Shown: one piece after another, positions 53,724 to 62,985 of the stretch
How positions within the stretch are numbered: position 1 is the first letter of the stretch
Layout of the letters: every line of letters begins with the position of its first letter
Source of the DNA: Candidatus Tumulicola sp.
GTDB lineage: Bacteria; Vulcanimicrobiota; Vulcanimicrobiia; Vulcanimicrobiales; Vulcanimicrobiaceae
DNA: 64,000 nucleotides
Direction of reading: 5' to 3'
Assembly: GCA_049585095.1 (NCBI GenBank)
Contig: JBAUZB010000222.1
Coordinates: 109 to 64,108 of the forward strand
The notes under the pieces: generated by a model
What the model was told of the DNA's origin: nothing
Databases searched by the model: none
What the model saw: only the letters and a program-made list of their open reading frames with translations
Program-made: the position numbers and the translations under genes

Positions 53724-54989
53724 TTGCCAAGTTCAACCGTGAGTGCCGACGCGCTGATCCGGCGGCGCGAGGCCGCCGTGCCGCGCGGCGTATCAACCGT
53801 GCATCCGATCTTCGTCGACCGCGGCAGCGGGGCGCTGCTTTGGGATGCGCAGGGACGCCGCTACCTCGATTTCGCGGGCGGAATCGGCACGCTCAACGTT
53901 GGACACGCGCATCCTAAAGTCGTCGCCGCAATCGCCGATCAGGCGCAACGGTTGACCCACGCGTGCTTCCAAGTCGCGATGTACGAACCGTACGTCGCCG
54001 TCGCCGACGCGTTGAACCGCCGCGCACCCGGTCCGTCGCGCAAGAAGACGCTGCTGCTCTCAACCGGGGCCGAGGCCACTGAAAACGCCGTCAAGATCGC
54101 GCGCGAGTTCACCCGCCGGCCGGCCGTTATCGCATTCCAGCACGGCTATCACGGCCGTACGCTGCTCGCCCTCTCCATGACCGGAAAGAACGAGCCGTAC
54201 AAGCAACACTTTGGCCCGTTCTGCAGTGAGATTTATCACGCGCCCTTCCCCTACGAACATCGCGGGCTCAGCACCGAACGCGCGCTCAAGGCCCTCGATG
54301 AGATTTTCGAAAACATCGTCGCCGCAGATCGCGTTGCCGCCATCATCTTCGAGCCGGTGCTGGGCGAAGGCGGTTTCGTGCCGGCGCCGGCCGACTTCGT
54401 GCGCGAGCTACGGCGGCTTACCGCCGAACGCGGCATCGTGCTGATCGCCGACGAGATTCAAACCGGCTTCGGGCGTACCGGACGGTTCTTTGCATGCGAA
54501 CACTACGGCATCGAACCGGATCTCATGACCGTCGCGAAGTCGCTGGCCGGCGGTTTGCCGCTGGCAGCCGTCGTCGGAAAAGCCGAAATCATGGACGCGC
54601 CCACGCCCGGCGGCCTCGGCGGGACGTTTGCCGGAAATCCGGTCGCGTGCGCGGCGGCGCTCGCGACGTTCGAGATCGTCGACGAAGCCTTTCTGAAGCG
54701 GGCACGAGAAATCGGCGAACGGCTGCAGGCGTCGCTGCGCGCGTTGCAGGCGCGTTTCCCGCAGATCGAAGACGTGCGTGGGCTGGGAGCGATGGTCGCG
54801 ATGGAACTCACGACGCATGCGCCGGAAATCGTCGAAATAGCCCGCGAACGCGGGCTCCTTCTGCTCCTCGCCGGAAAACGCAACGTTATCCGGATTCTCG
54901 TTCCGTTGGTAATCGACGACGCCCAGTTGGCCGAAGCGCTCGAGATTCTGGCGTCGAGCGTGGAGTCTTCTCTTACGGCGACGGCGTAA
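53724..54989 (+). CDS. gabT: 4-aminobutyrate--2-oxoglutarate aminotransferase (class III).
   Basis: Family blocks: LWDAQGRRYLDFAGGIGTLNVGHAHPKVV, STGAEATENAVKIAR, FQHGYHGRT, EPVLGEGGF, LIADEIQTGFGRTG and MTVAKSLAGGLPL (PLP Lys). TTG start; GTG 53739 is the alternative. Confidence 0.85.
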   Translation: MPSSTVSADALIRRREAAVPRGVSTVHPIFVDRGSGALLWDAQGRRYLDFAGGIGTLNVGHAHPKVVAAIADQAQRLTHACFQVAMYEPYVAVADALNRRAPGPSRKKTLLLSTGAEATENAVKIAREFTRRPAVIAFQHGYHGRTLLALSMTGKNEPYKQHFGPFCSEIYHAPFPYEHRGLSTERALKALDEIFENIVAADRVAAIIFEPVLGEGGFVPAPADFVRELRRLTAERGIVLIADEIQTGFGRTGRFFACEHYGIEPDLMTVAKSLAGGLPLAAVVGKAEIMDAPTPGGLGGTFAGNPVACAAALATFEIVDEAFLKRAREIGERLQASLRALQARFPQIEDVRGLGAMVAMELTTHAPEIVEIARERGLLLLLAGKRNVIRILVPLVIDDAQLAEALEILASSVESSLTATA

Positions 54990-54993
54990 CGAG

Positions 54994-56373
54994 ATGCGGA
55001 CGAAAGTTTCGATCGACGGCCGCCGCGACGCTTACGAATATACGCAACGCGTGTTGCGTTTGATCGGCACGCAAGAAATTACGGCTGACGAAGCGGAGTG
55101 GATCACGCGCGAAACGGTCGAGTCGTTTCGCGACCACATCAATCCCGGCTTCTTGGAATATCGCAAGGCGACGAACGTTGATTCCGCAGAGGCGGTCGTC
55201 GAGTGGGCCGACGCGGGCCCGAACTCCTATCGCGACGTCACCGGCCGTGAATATCTGGATTGCCTCGGCGGCTTCGGCATCTTCAACGTGGGGCACCGCC
55301 ATCCTAAAGTCGTCAAGGCGGTGATGGACCAGCTCCGCCGGCAGCCGTTGCACAGTCAGGATCTGCTCGATCCACTCCGGGCGATGCTCGCTAAGGCGCT
55401 GGCCATGCTCACTCCGCCGGGCCTGGATTTTGCGTTCTTCTGTAACAGCGGAACCGAAGCGGTCGAAGGTGCGCTCAAGCTGGCGCGGGCGTACGATGGA
55501 TCGAAGCAAACGATCGTCGCGGCGACCAAGGGCTTTCACGGTAAGAGTTACGGTTCGCTTTCGGCAAGCGCGAAGGCCGAATTTCGCCGTCCTTTCGGCC
55601 CGATGCTGCCGAACATCGAACACGTACCGTTCAACGATCTGCCGGCGCTCGCCGACATGATGACGTCGTGCAAGGCCGTGGGTGAAGACGTCGGCGCGGT
55701 CTTGCTCGAGCCGATTCAGGGTGAAGGCGGCGTCAACATTCCGTCCGACGCGTATCTTCCGGGCGTGCGCGCTCTCTGCGACGAGTTCGGGGCGCTGCTG
55801 ATTCTCGACGAAGTCCAGACCGGCATGGGGCGAACCGGAACGATGTTCTGCTGCGAACACTACGGCGTCGCGCCCGATCTCATGTGTCTGGCAAAAGCCT
55901 TCGGTGGCGGCGTCATGCCTGCGGGTGCCGTCGTCGGACGGCGCGCCGTTTTTTCCAAACTGTTCGATAACCCGTTCCTGCACACGTCCACCTTCGGCGG
56001 AAACCCGCTGGCGTGCGCCGCCGCCTTGGCGACGATCAACGTCTTGATCGAAGAGCGTTTACCCGAGCGTGCCGCCAGAATGGGCGAACGCATGCTCGCT
56101 GGGCTGCGGCGGGGCGTCGCGGGCCACGAGGATCTGATCGTGGACGTGCGCGGGATGGGCTTGCTGATGGCGCTCGAATTTTGCGACGACACGACGGGTT
56201 TTGAGTTCGCGAAGCGTATGCTCGACCGCGGCGTCCTCGTCTCCGGCACGCTGGTGAATGCGCGCACGATCCGCATCGAGCCGCCGCTGACGATCGAAGA
56301 GGAACAGGCGGATTACGTGTGTCAAGCTCTCACCGAGAGTCTGGATTCGATCGCGGCCGAAACCAGCGTATAA
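54994..56373 (+). CDS. patA: Putrescine aminotransferase (YgjG/PatA type).
   Basis: The protein is collinear with E. coli PatA as I recall it. Matching blocks: HINPGFLEYRK, YLDCLGGFGIFNVGHRHPKVV, QPLHSQDLLDPLRAMLAKAL, FFCNSGTEAVEGALKLARAY, LEPIQGEGGV, LILDEVQTGMGRTG, LCLAKAFGGGVMP, DNPFLHTSTFGGNPLACAAALATINVL and TIRIEPPLT. Confidence 0.9.
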   Translation: MRTKVSIDGRRDAYEYTQRVLRLIGTQEITADEAEWITRETVESFRDHINPGFLEYRKATNVDSAEAVVEWADAGPNSYRDVTGREYLDCLGGFGIFNVGHRHPKVVKAVMDQLRRQPLHSQDLLDPLRAMLAKALAMLTPPGLDFAFFCNSGTEAVEGALKLARAYDGSKQTIVAATKGFHGKSYGSLSASAKAEFRRPFGPMLPNIEHVPFNDLPALADMMTSCKAVGEDVGAVLLEPIQGEGGVNIPSDAYLPGVRALCDEFGALLILDEVQTGMGRTGTMFCCEHYGVAPDLMCLAKAFGGGVMPAGAVVGRRAVFSKLFDNPFLHTSTFGGNPLACAAALATINVLIEERLPERAARMGERMLAGLRRGVAGHEDLIVDVRGMGLLMALEFCDDTTGFEFAKRMLDRGVLVSGTLVNARTIRIEPPLTIEEEQADYVCQALTESLDSIAAETSV

Positions 56374-56408
56374 GTTCGAGCGAGCCTAGGAAGAGAGGGG
56401 AATCGAGG

Positions 56409-57944
56409 ATGCAAACGGTGTCCAGCCATCCGTCGGTCGACGCCGGCGATATTCTGCGCAATCTCCCGCGCATCGGCGGCGTCATTCCCGCGTACGTCGA
56501 CGGGCACTGGCGCTTGGCACAAAACGGAGCGACCCGCGATCTCGTCAATCCGGCCAACGGCGAGCGAATTGCGGCGGTAACGGAAAACACGCAAGAAGAT
56601 GCCGAGTTCGCAATACGCGCCGCGCGCAAAGCCTTCGACGAAGGGCCGTGGGGATCGACCGGTGCGGCCGACCGGGCGGCATTGTTGCTGAAGGTCGCCG
56701 ACGCGATCGACGCCCATCGCGACGAGTTCATTCGCATCGACACGCTCAACAACGGCAAGCCGTTGCGCGAGTGCGAGTACGACGCGATCGACGCTGCCAA
56801 CTGCTTTCGCTACTACGCGGGCCTCGCGACCAAGCCGCACGGCCAAACCTTCGAAGTTCCCGCGCCGTCGCAGAGCTTTACGGTACGCGAGCCGATCGGC
56901 GTGTGCGGGCAAATCGTTCCGTGGAATTATCCGTTGCTCATGGCGGTGTGGAAGCTCGCGCCGGCGCTGGCTGCCGGTAACGTCTGCGTGCTCAAGCCGG
57001 CCGAGCTAACGCCGCTCTCGGCGTTACGCTTGGCGATGATCTTCCAAGAGCTCGATTTCCCGCCGGGCGTGGTGAACGTCGTCACCGGCGCCGGCGCCAC
57101 CGTCGGACACGCGCTTGCGGCCAGCCCCCTCGTCGACAAGATCGCGTTCACCGGTGGCACGAAGACGGGACGCAGCATCATGCAAGCGGCGGCGGGGAAC
57201 TTGAAGAAAATCTCTCTCGAGCTTGGCGGAAAGTCGCCCAACGTCGTCTTCGCCGACGCCGATTTCGACACCGCCGTCGACTACGCGCTGTTCGGGATCT
57301 ACGCCAACGCCGGGCAGGTCTGCTCGGCGGGTTCGCGCCTGTTGCTCGAAAAAACGTTGCACGACCGCTTTGTGGATCGTTTGGTCGAGCGCGCGAAAAA
57401 GATTCGCGTCGGCGACGGCTTCGATACGAGCACCGAAATGGGGCCCATCATTTCACCGGTGCATCGCGAGCGCGTCGAATCCTACATCAAATTAGGAACC
57501 GCCGAAGGGGCGGCGCTTCTGTGCGGGGGGCATCGAATGGGCGGCGCGCTCGCCGCCGGCAATTTCATCGAGCCGACGATCTTCGACCGCACGACGCCGA
57601 CGATGCGCATCGTCCAGGAAGAAATCTTCGGCCCGGTGCTGGTGGTCCAAACGTTCGAAGACGAAGCCGACGCCGTGCGCGTTGCCAACGACACCGTGTA
57701 TGGATTGGCCGGTGCCGTCTTTACGCAAGACGTTGCCAAGGCGCATCGCGTCATTCGAAAGCTTCGAGCCGGCATCACCTGGATCAACACCTATCATCCA
57801 ACCTACAACGAAGCGCCGTGGGGCGGCTATAAACAGTCGGGGTTTGGGAGCGAACTCGGCACCTACGGCTACGACGCTTATACCGAAGTCAAGCAAATCA
57901 ACGTCAACTTGGACGTGACCCCTTCGGGCTGGTTCGCCGATTAG
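56409..57944 (+). CDS. NAD(P)-dependent aldehyde dehydrogenase (gamma-aminobutyraldehyde/betaine-aldehyde dehydrogenase-like).
   Basis: The start was moved to ATG 56409, with a GGGGAATCGAGG SD region upstream. ALDH blocks: IVPWNYPLLMAVWKLAPALAAGN, FTGGTKTGR, LELGGKSP and the catalytic Cys in NAGQVCSAGSR, plus EEIFGPV. The PatD-like role is inferred from adjacency to patA and gabT. Confidence 0.9.
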   Translation: MQTVSSHPSVDAGDILRNLPRIGGVIPAYVDGHWRLAQNGATRDLVNPANGERIAAVTENTQEDAEFAIRAARKAFDEGPWGSTGAADRAALLLKVADAIDAHRDEFIRIDTLNNGKPLRECEYDAIDAANCFRYYAGLATKPHGQTFEVPAPSQSFTVREPIGVCGQIVPWNYPLLMAVWKLAPALAAGNVCVLKPAELTPLSALRLAMIFQELDFPPGVVNVVTGAGATVGHALAASPLVDKIAFTGGTKTGRSIMQAAAGNLKKISLELGGKSPNVVFADADFDTAVDYALFGIYANAGQVCSAGSRLLLEKTLHDRFVDRLVERAKKIRVGDGFDTSTEMGPIISPVHRERVESYIKLGTAEGAALLCGGHRMGGALAAGNFIEPTIFDRTTPTMRIVQEEIFGPVLVVQTFEDEADAVRVANDTVYGLAGAVFTQDVAKAHRVIRKLRAGITWINTYHPTYNEAPWGGYKQSGFGSELGTYGYDAYTEVKQINVNLDVTPSGWFAD

Positions 57945-57959
57945 CCGGTAAGGTTCGGT

Positions 57960-58421
57960 TTAGCTCGTTGCGATGCCGACGTAACCCGTCGAGCATCCAG
58001 TTCCACAAACCTTCACGGCTTGCAGCCACTTGTACTTGCCGTGACTCGGTTTGACGTGGCGCAACTCGGTGACCGTATCGGTCACCGGGTCGCCGGGATT
58101 CGGATCGAACGTGGCGGTGAACTTTCCGAACGCCGTGCCTTTCTTTCTGCGCAAGAACGTCGACGACCACTGGTAGTGCACCGGGCCGCAGGAGCCGTAG
58201 CAGAGGAGGATCGAGCCGCCGCTGGCGGCGTTGACGATAATGCAGCCGCTGTAAATCTTCGGGCAGTTCGCGTCGGGACGAGCGCCTACGACGTGAATCT
58301 CCGACGCTCGCATCGCCGGCGCTTGACGCGCGCCGGGGATGGCTTGGGGTCCGGCGCCTCCCGAGCAGGCCGCCAAAACCGCGGCCGCAAGCGCACCGGC
58401 ATAGAGAACGGAACCACGCAT
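57960..58421 (-). CDS. Small lipoprotein, hypothetical.
   Basis: From ORF 57960..58724, with the start moved to ATG 58421, which has AAGGAG 8 nt upstream (MRGSVLYAGALAAAVLAACSGG, lipobox). The longer ORF would overlap the selA 3' end. Confidence 0.5.
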   Translation of the reverse strand: MRGSVLYAGALAAAVLAACSGGAGPQAIPGARQAPAMRASEIHVVGARPDANCPKIYSGCIIVNAASGGSILLCYGSCGPVHYQWSSTFLRRKKGTAFGKFTATFDPNPGDPVTDTVTELRHVKPSHGKYKWLQAVKVCGTGCSTGYVGIATS

Positions 58422-58572
58422 AAATCGACTCCTTCGTAGCAAACGATGAGCCAGGCCAGCCGCGAGCGACCATTCGTCGTCGAGGTCGGCGAAAGCCTCG
58501 GCTCCTTCAAAACGCAGCCGGGCGGGTGTTGGATTCTTTGCCGGTTCGACGCGGACCGCCGTCGGCCGGTCG

Positions 58573-59892
58573 CTAGGCTGGAGAGCGGCCGCCGGCCTGG
58601 ACGGTCGCGACGACGGTGCCGTCTTCGTCGGGCGCGATGGTACGCAAATCGAAGAGGACGCATCCGTCGCCGACGCGCGCGACAATCGCCGGATTTTCGC
58701 GGCGTAAGCCTGCGGCAAATGCATCCGGGCGTCGCACCGGCAACGCTATTGCTAATGACGGGATGCGCGTCTGCGGAAGCGCGCCGCCGCCGACGTAGGC
58801 ATCGCTCTCGACGATGCCGGCGCCGAGTATTGCGGCGACGTACGGCCGCGCGCGCGCCCGAAGTTCGTCGAGCGTATAGCCGAGCATGCGATAGAGCGGA
58901 ATGCTCGCGCGCGAACGCGGGTTACGGTGTAACCGCAACGTCGCGGCGAGCGCGGCGAGCGTCATCTTGTCGACGCGGAGCGCACGCAGCAACGGATTGG
59001 TTCGTAAGCGCGCGATCGACCGCACGTTTCCGACGACGATCCCGGCTTGCGGCCCTCCGAGGAGTTTGTCGCCGGAGAACGTCACCAGTCCGATGCCGTC
59101 GGCCAAGCAGTCTTGAACCGTTCGCTCGTGAGGCAGACCGTACTCCGCCAGGTCGACCACCGCACCGTTGCCGAGATCTTCGACCACCGCGATTCCGGCG
59201 CGCCGGCCGAGCGCGGCGAGTTCATCGCCGCCGACTTCGTGCACGAATCCTTCGATTCGATAGTTTGACGGATGGGTTCGCAACAGCAGCGCGGTGCGCG
59301 CGGAGAGCGCCGTTTCGTAGTCGCTGAGATACACCCGGTTGGTGGTTCCGACTTCGCGCAAGACGGCGCCGCTGCGTTCGAGGACGTCGGGCAAACGAAA
59401 TCCGCCCCCGATCTCGACGAGCTGGCTGCGCGCGACGATCGCCTCGCGCCCCTTGGCAAACGTGTCGAGAACCAACAGCACGGCGGCGGCGCCGTTATTG
59501 AGGACCAACGCGTCCGGCGCGCCGGTGATTTCGCACACGAGATCGGTTACGCGCCCGTAGCGCGAACCGCGTTCCCCCGCTGCCAGATCGTATTCTAGAT
59601 TCGAATATCCGCGCGCCAGCCGGTCCACCGCCGAGAGCGCTTCCGGCGCCAGTGGAACCCGGCCGAGATTCGTGTGCGCGACGATGCCGGTCGCGTTGAT
59701 GACGACGGCGAGGCCGTTGAGGGCAACGGAGCGCAGTTCCGCGACGACCGCTTCGAGAAGCTCGTCCAGCGCCGACGATCCGCCGGAAGCGCGGGCGCGT
59801 TCGAGCACTCGCCCGACCGCTCGTTTGACGCTCGTTCGCCCTAGCGTCGCCTCATATTCGGCGACGGCGGGCAGCTGCAAAAAGCGATGCAT
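58573..59892 (-). CDS. selA: L-seryl-tRNA(Sec) selenium transferase SelA.
   Basis: The N-terminus LQLPAVAEY resembles the E. coli LPAIDRLL region. The PLP-lysine block is VTFSGDKLLGGPQAGIVVG. Other blocks are NLEYDLAAGERGSRY and VINNGAAAVLL-like (LVLNNGAAAVLLVL). The start is ATG 59892; GTG 59919 is the alternative. Confidence 0.9.
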   Translation of the reverse strand: MHRFLQLPAVAEYEATLGRTSVKRAVGRVLERARASGGSSALDELLEAVVAELRSVALNGLAVVINATGIVAHTNLGRVPLAPEALSAVDRLARGYSNLEYDLAAGERGSRYGRVTDLVCEITGAPDALVLNNGAAAVLLVLDTFAKGREAIVARSQLVEIGGGFRLPDVLERSGAVLREVGTTNRVYLSDYETALSARTALLLRTHPSNYRIEGFVHEVGGDELAALGRRAGIAVVEDLGNGAVVDLAEYGLPHERTVQDCLADGIGLVTFSGDKLLGGPQAGIVVGNVRSIARLRTNPLLRALRVDKMTLAALAATLRLHRNPRSRASIPLYRMLGYTLDELRARARPYVAAILGAGIVESDAYVGGGALPQTRIPSLAIALPVRRPDAFAAGLRRENPAIVARVGDGCVLFDLRTIAPDEDGTVVATVQAGGRSPA

Positions 59893-59952
59893 GGCCGGCA
59901 GTCGCCGGCGTCCATCCACCTCGAACGCCTCCCGTTAACGCGCCTTGCGTAT

Positions 59953-60279
59953 TTACGACAGATGCTTGCTGAGCATCGAGACGATCGTGTTTTCGGGAAC
60001 GTATCCGACGATGCGATCGACGGGCTGGCCGCCCTTGAACAGAATCAGACACGGAATACCCGAAATCTGATACTGGCTTGCCAAGTCCGGATTGTCGTCG
60101 GTGTTCAGTTTTACGAACTTCGCCTTGCCGGTATGCGCGCCGGCGATTTTCTCGACGACCGGGCTTAGCATCTTGCACGGGCCGCACCAAGGCGCCCAAA
60201 AATCGACCAGCACCGGTTGGGTGCTCCGTAGTACTTCGCTCTCGAAATCGGTCTGCGAAACGTTCGCCAATGCGCTCAT
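59953..60279 (-). CDS. trxA: Thioredoxin.
   Basis: 108 aa with FWAPWCGPCKM in the active site and the typical thioredoxin fold length (...GIPCLILFKGG...). Confidence 0.9.
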   Translation of the reverse strand: MSALANVSQTDFESEVLRSTQPVLVDFWAPWCGPCKMLSPVVEKIAGAHTGKAKFVKLNTDDNPDLASQYQISGIPCLILFKGGQPVDRIVGYVPENTIVSMLSKHLS

Positions 60280-60353
60280 ATGCTGTGCTTTGAAATCCTC
60301 CGCTTGTTGAACTCGCCGGCCGGCCTTGCGGTTGCAGACGCGCGAGTGAGTGC

Positions 60354-62858
60354 CTATAACTCGGGTTGCTGCGGCTCGCCCGTGATCTCCGTGATTTGCT
60401 TTGCCTGCTTCCCGAGATTGGTGATCGCGATGACTTCTTCGCCTTCGCCGAGCCGTTGCAAGCGCACGCCTTTGGCATCGCGTCCGGTCTTGCGGATTTC
60501 GGCAACTTTCAGCCGGATGACCTGATTGCCGGACGTGATCATGAGAATTTGGTCGTCCGGAGCGACCAAGATTTGATCGACCACCTGTCCGATGTCGTCG
60601 CGCTGACGCGCAAAGGCTTTCACACCCTTGCCGCCCCGGGACGTGTGGCGGTACTCCTCGATCGGCGTCCGTTTGCCGAATGCCAGCGACGTCACGAGGA
60701 GCACCTCGCGGCGATGGTCTTCGATCACGTCCATGGCGACGATCGTTTCGCCGTTCTCGAGCTTCATCGCTTTGACGCCGCGGGCCTGGCGCCCCATCGG
60801 CCGCACGTTCTTCTCGTTGAAGTGTACCGCCATGCCTTGTGTCGAACCCAAGATGATGTCGTGCGATCCATCCGAGAGATCGACGGCAAGCAGTTCGTCG
60901 CCTTCGTCGAGATTGATCGCGATGAGCCCGTTGCGCCGCACGTTGGCGAACTCTTCGAGTTTGCTTTTCTTGATGATGCCGCGCTTGGTCACCATCACGA
61001 GATATTTTTCGCCCACAAATTTGTCGATCGGGAACACGGCCGAGACTTCTTCGCCCGGGGGCAACGTCAACAAGTTGACGAGCGCGGTGCCGCGCGCTTG
61101 GCGCGTCGTATCGGGGATCTCGTATCCGCGCAAGCGGTACACGCGTCCCTTATTCGTGAAGAACAGCACGTGGTCGTGAGTCTTGGTAACGAAGAAGTTT
61201 CGCACCACGTCCTCACGTTTGAGATTTGAGATGCCGGTAACCCCGCGTCCGCCCCGGTTCTGCGTCCGGAACGTGTCGAGGGTTACGCGCTTGATGTAGC
61301 CTCCGACGGTATAGGTTACGACGACGTCGATGTTCGGCACGAGCTGCTCCATCGAGATTTCGTCCTCGGCAGCTTCGATGGAGGTGCGCCGTGCATCGCC
61401 GAATCGTTTCTTGATGTCGAGCGTTTCACTCTTGACGATCTGGGCGACGCGCCGCGGACTGCGCAGAATGTCCTGCAGTTCGGCGATCGTCTTGATCAGC
61501 TGCGCGTACTCGTCCTCGATTTTCTGGCGCTCTAGCCCGACCAGGGTGCGCAAGCGCATGTCGACGATGGCCTGCGCTTGCACGTCGGTAAGACTGAATC
61601 GCGCCGAAAGGCGCGCTTTGGCTTCATCGGTCGTTTGACTGGCGCGGACGATTTCGATGACTTCGTCGATGTTATCGAGGGCGATGCGGTAGCCCTCGAG
61701 CAGGTGTGCGCGCTCTTCGGCCTTCCGCAAATCGTACTGGGTTCGCCGGGTGATGACGTTGCGCCGGTGGGCGATGAAGTGCACGAGCAGCTGCTTGAGG
61801 CTGAGCACCTGCGGCTCGATGGCGACCGAGCCATTGGCGCGCGGCTCGCCGACCGGAACGAGCGCGAGCATGTTGAAGCCGAAGCTCGCCTGCAGCGGGG
61901 TGTGCTTGAAGAGTTGATTCAGCACCACTTTCGGCGTCGCCGATCGCTGGAGCTCGATGACGACCTTCATGCCCTTACGATTCGACTCGTCGTCGAGGCG
62001 GGCAATGCCGCCGATGCGCTTCTCGGAATGCGCTTCGGCGATGGCCTCGATGATTCGCGATTTATACACCTGGTACGGAATCTCGGTAATCACGATCTTG
62101 TGACGGCCGCGATCCTCCACGATCTCGGCCTTGCCGCGAATGGCGATCGAACCGCGACCGGTCTTGTAGGCTTCGCGAATCGCCTCGCGGCCCAAGATGG
62201 TGCCGCCGGTTGGAAAGTCGGGACCCGTGACGATGTCGCACAAGGTGTCGTCGGTGGTTTCGGGATCGTCGATCAAGGCCGCGATGGCGTCGGCGATTTC
62301 GCCGAGGTTGTGCGGCGGAATGTTGGTGGCCATCCCGACCGCGATGCCCGAGGAGCCGTTGATCAGCAACTGCGGCAGGCGACCCGGAAGTACCGTCGGC
62401 TCGACGCCCTGGTTGTCGAAGTTGGGAACGAATCCGACCGTCTCTTTGTCGATGTCGGCCAAGACTTCGAGCGCGGTGCGCGCAAGACGCGCTTCGGTGT
62501 ACCGATAGGCCGCCGGCGGATCCGGATCGATCGACCCGAAGTTGCCGTGTCCGTCGACCAGCGGGTAGCGCAGCGTGAAGTCCTGAGCCAACCGCACGAG
62601 CGCATCGTACACCGACTGGTCGCCGTGCGGGTGATAGCTCTTGAGCACCTCGCCGATGATTCCGGCGCACTTGCGGTGCTGCTTGCTGGGATCGAATCCC
62701 ATCTCGCGCATCGCGTACAAGATGCGGCGCTGGACCGGTTTGAGGCCGTCGCGGACGTCGGGAAGCGCCCGCGACGCAATAACCGACATCGCGTACGAGA
62801 GATAACTCTCTCGCATCTCGTCTTCGACGTTGACCTGTTGAATGATATCGCTATTCAA
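60354..62858 (-). CDS. gyrA: DNA gyrase subunit A.
   Basis: Family blocks: [66 protein letters not shown] (catalytic Tyr region) and C-terminal beta-pinwheel repeats. 834 aa. TTG start. Confidence 0.95.
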   Translation of the reverse strand: MNSDIIQQVNVEDEMRESYLSYAMSVIASRALPDVRDGLKPVQRRILYAMREMGFDPSKQHRKCAGIIGEVLKSYHPHGDQSVYDALVRLAQDFTLRYPLVDGHGNFGSIDPDPPAAYRYTEARLARTALEVLADIDKETVGFVPNFDNQGVEPTVLPGRLPQLLINGSSGIAVGMATNIPPHNLGEIADAIAALIDDPETTDDTLCDIVTGPDFPTGGTILGREAIREAYKTGRGSIAIRGKAEIVEDRGRHKIVITEIPYQVYKSRIIEAIAEAHSEKRIGGIARLDDESNRKGMKVVIELQRSATPKVVLNQLFKHTPLQASFGFNMLALVPVGEPRANGSVAIEPQVLSLKQLLVHFIAHRRNVITRRTQYDLRKAEERAHLLEGYRIALDNIDEVIEIVRASQTTDEAKARLSARFSLTDVQAQAIVDMRLRTLVGLERQKIEDEYAQLIKTIAELQDILRSPRRVAQIVKSETLDIKKRFGDARRTSIEAAEDEISMEQLVPNIDVVVTYTVGGYIKRVTLDTFRTQNRGGRGVTGISNLKREDVVRNFFVTKTHDHVLFFTNKGRVYRLRGYEIPDTTRQARGTALVNLLTLPPGEEVSAVFPIDKFVGEKYLVMVTKRGIIKKSKLEEFANVRRNGLIAINLDEGDELLAVDLSDGSHDIILGSTQGMAVHFNEKNVRPMGRQARGVKAMKLENGETIVAMDVIEDHRREVLLVTSLAFGKRTPIEEYRHTSRGGKGVKAFARQRDDIGQVVDQILVAPDDQILMITSGNQVIRLKVAEIRKTGRDAKGVRLQRLGEGEEVIAITNLGKQAKQITEITGEPQQPEL

Positions 62859-62945
62859 TTAATTAGGCACTCGCTCGCGGTCGGCGCGTTCCGCGAAGAA
62901 ATCGGCAATCTCCAAACGAAGTGGCGGCTGCGGTAACCTTTGCTT

Positions 62946-62966
62946 CCGAGGGGAAAATACCCTCGG
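62946..62966 (-). terminator. Hairpin between the phosphoesterase gene and the gyrA start (possible terminator/attenuator).
   Basis: The sequence CCGAGGG-gaaaata-CCCTCGG has a 7-bp perfect stem and lies 20 nt downstream (minus strand) of the stop at 62986. No clear U-tract. Confidence 0.3.
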
Positions 62967-62985
62967 AAACGCCCGAAAGGACTCC

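Noticed and set aside
54973-55983. A 336-aa minus-strand ORF antisense to patA, and similar antisense ORFs (47303..48373, 27453..28373, 63004..63858, 58446..59327, 50632..51906).
   Set aside because: Each overlaps a gene with clear family motifs or better composition. They are Arg-rich or otherwise junk-like, as expected from GC3-rich antisense frames.
60366-62936. Long plus-strand ORFs (60366..61229 and 61578..62936) antisense to gyrA.
   Set aside because: These are classic high-GC shadow ORFs with no family motifs and low-complexity, Arg/Asp/Val-rich composition. gyrA on the other strand is unambiguous.
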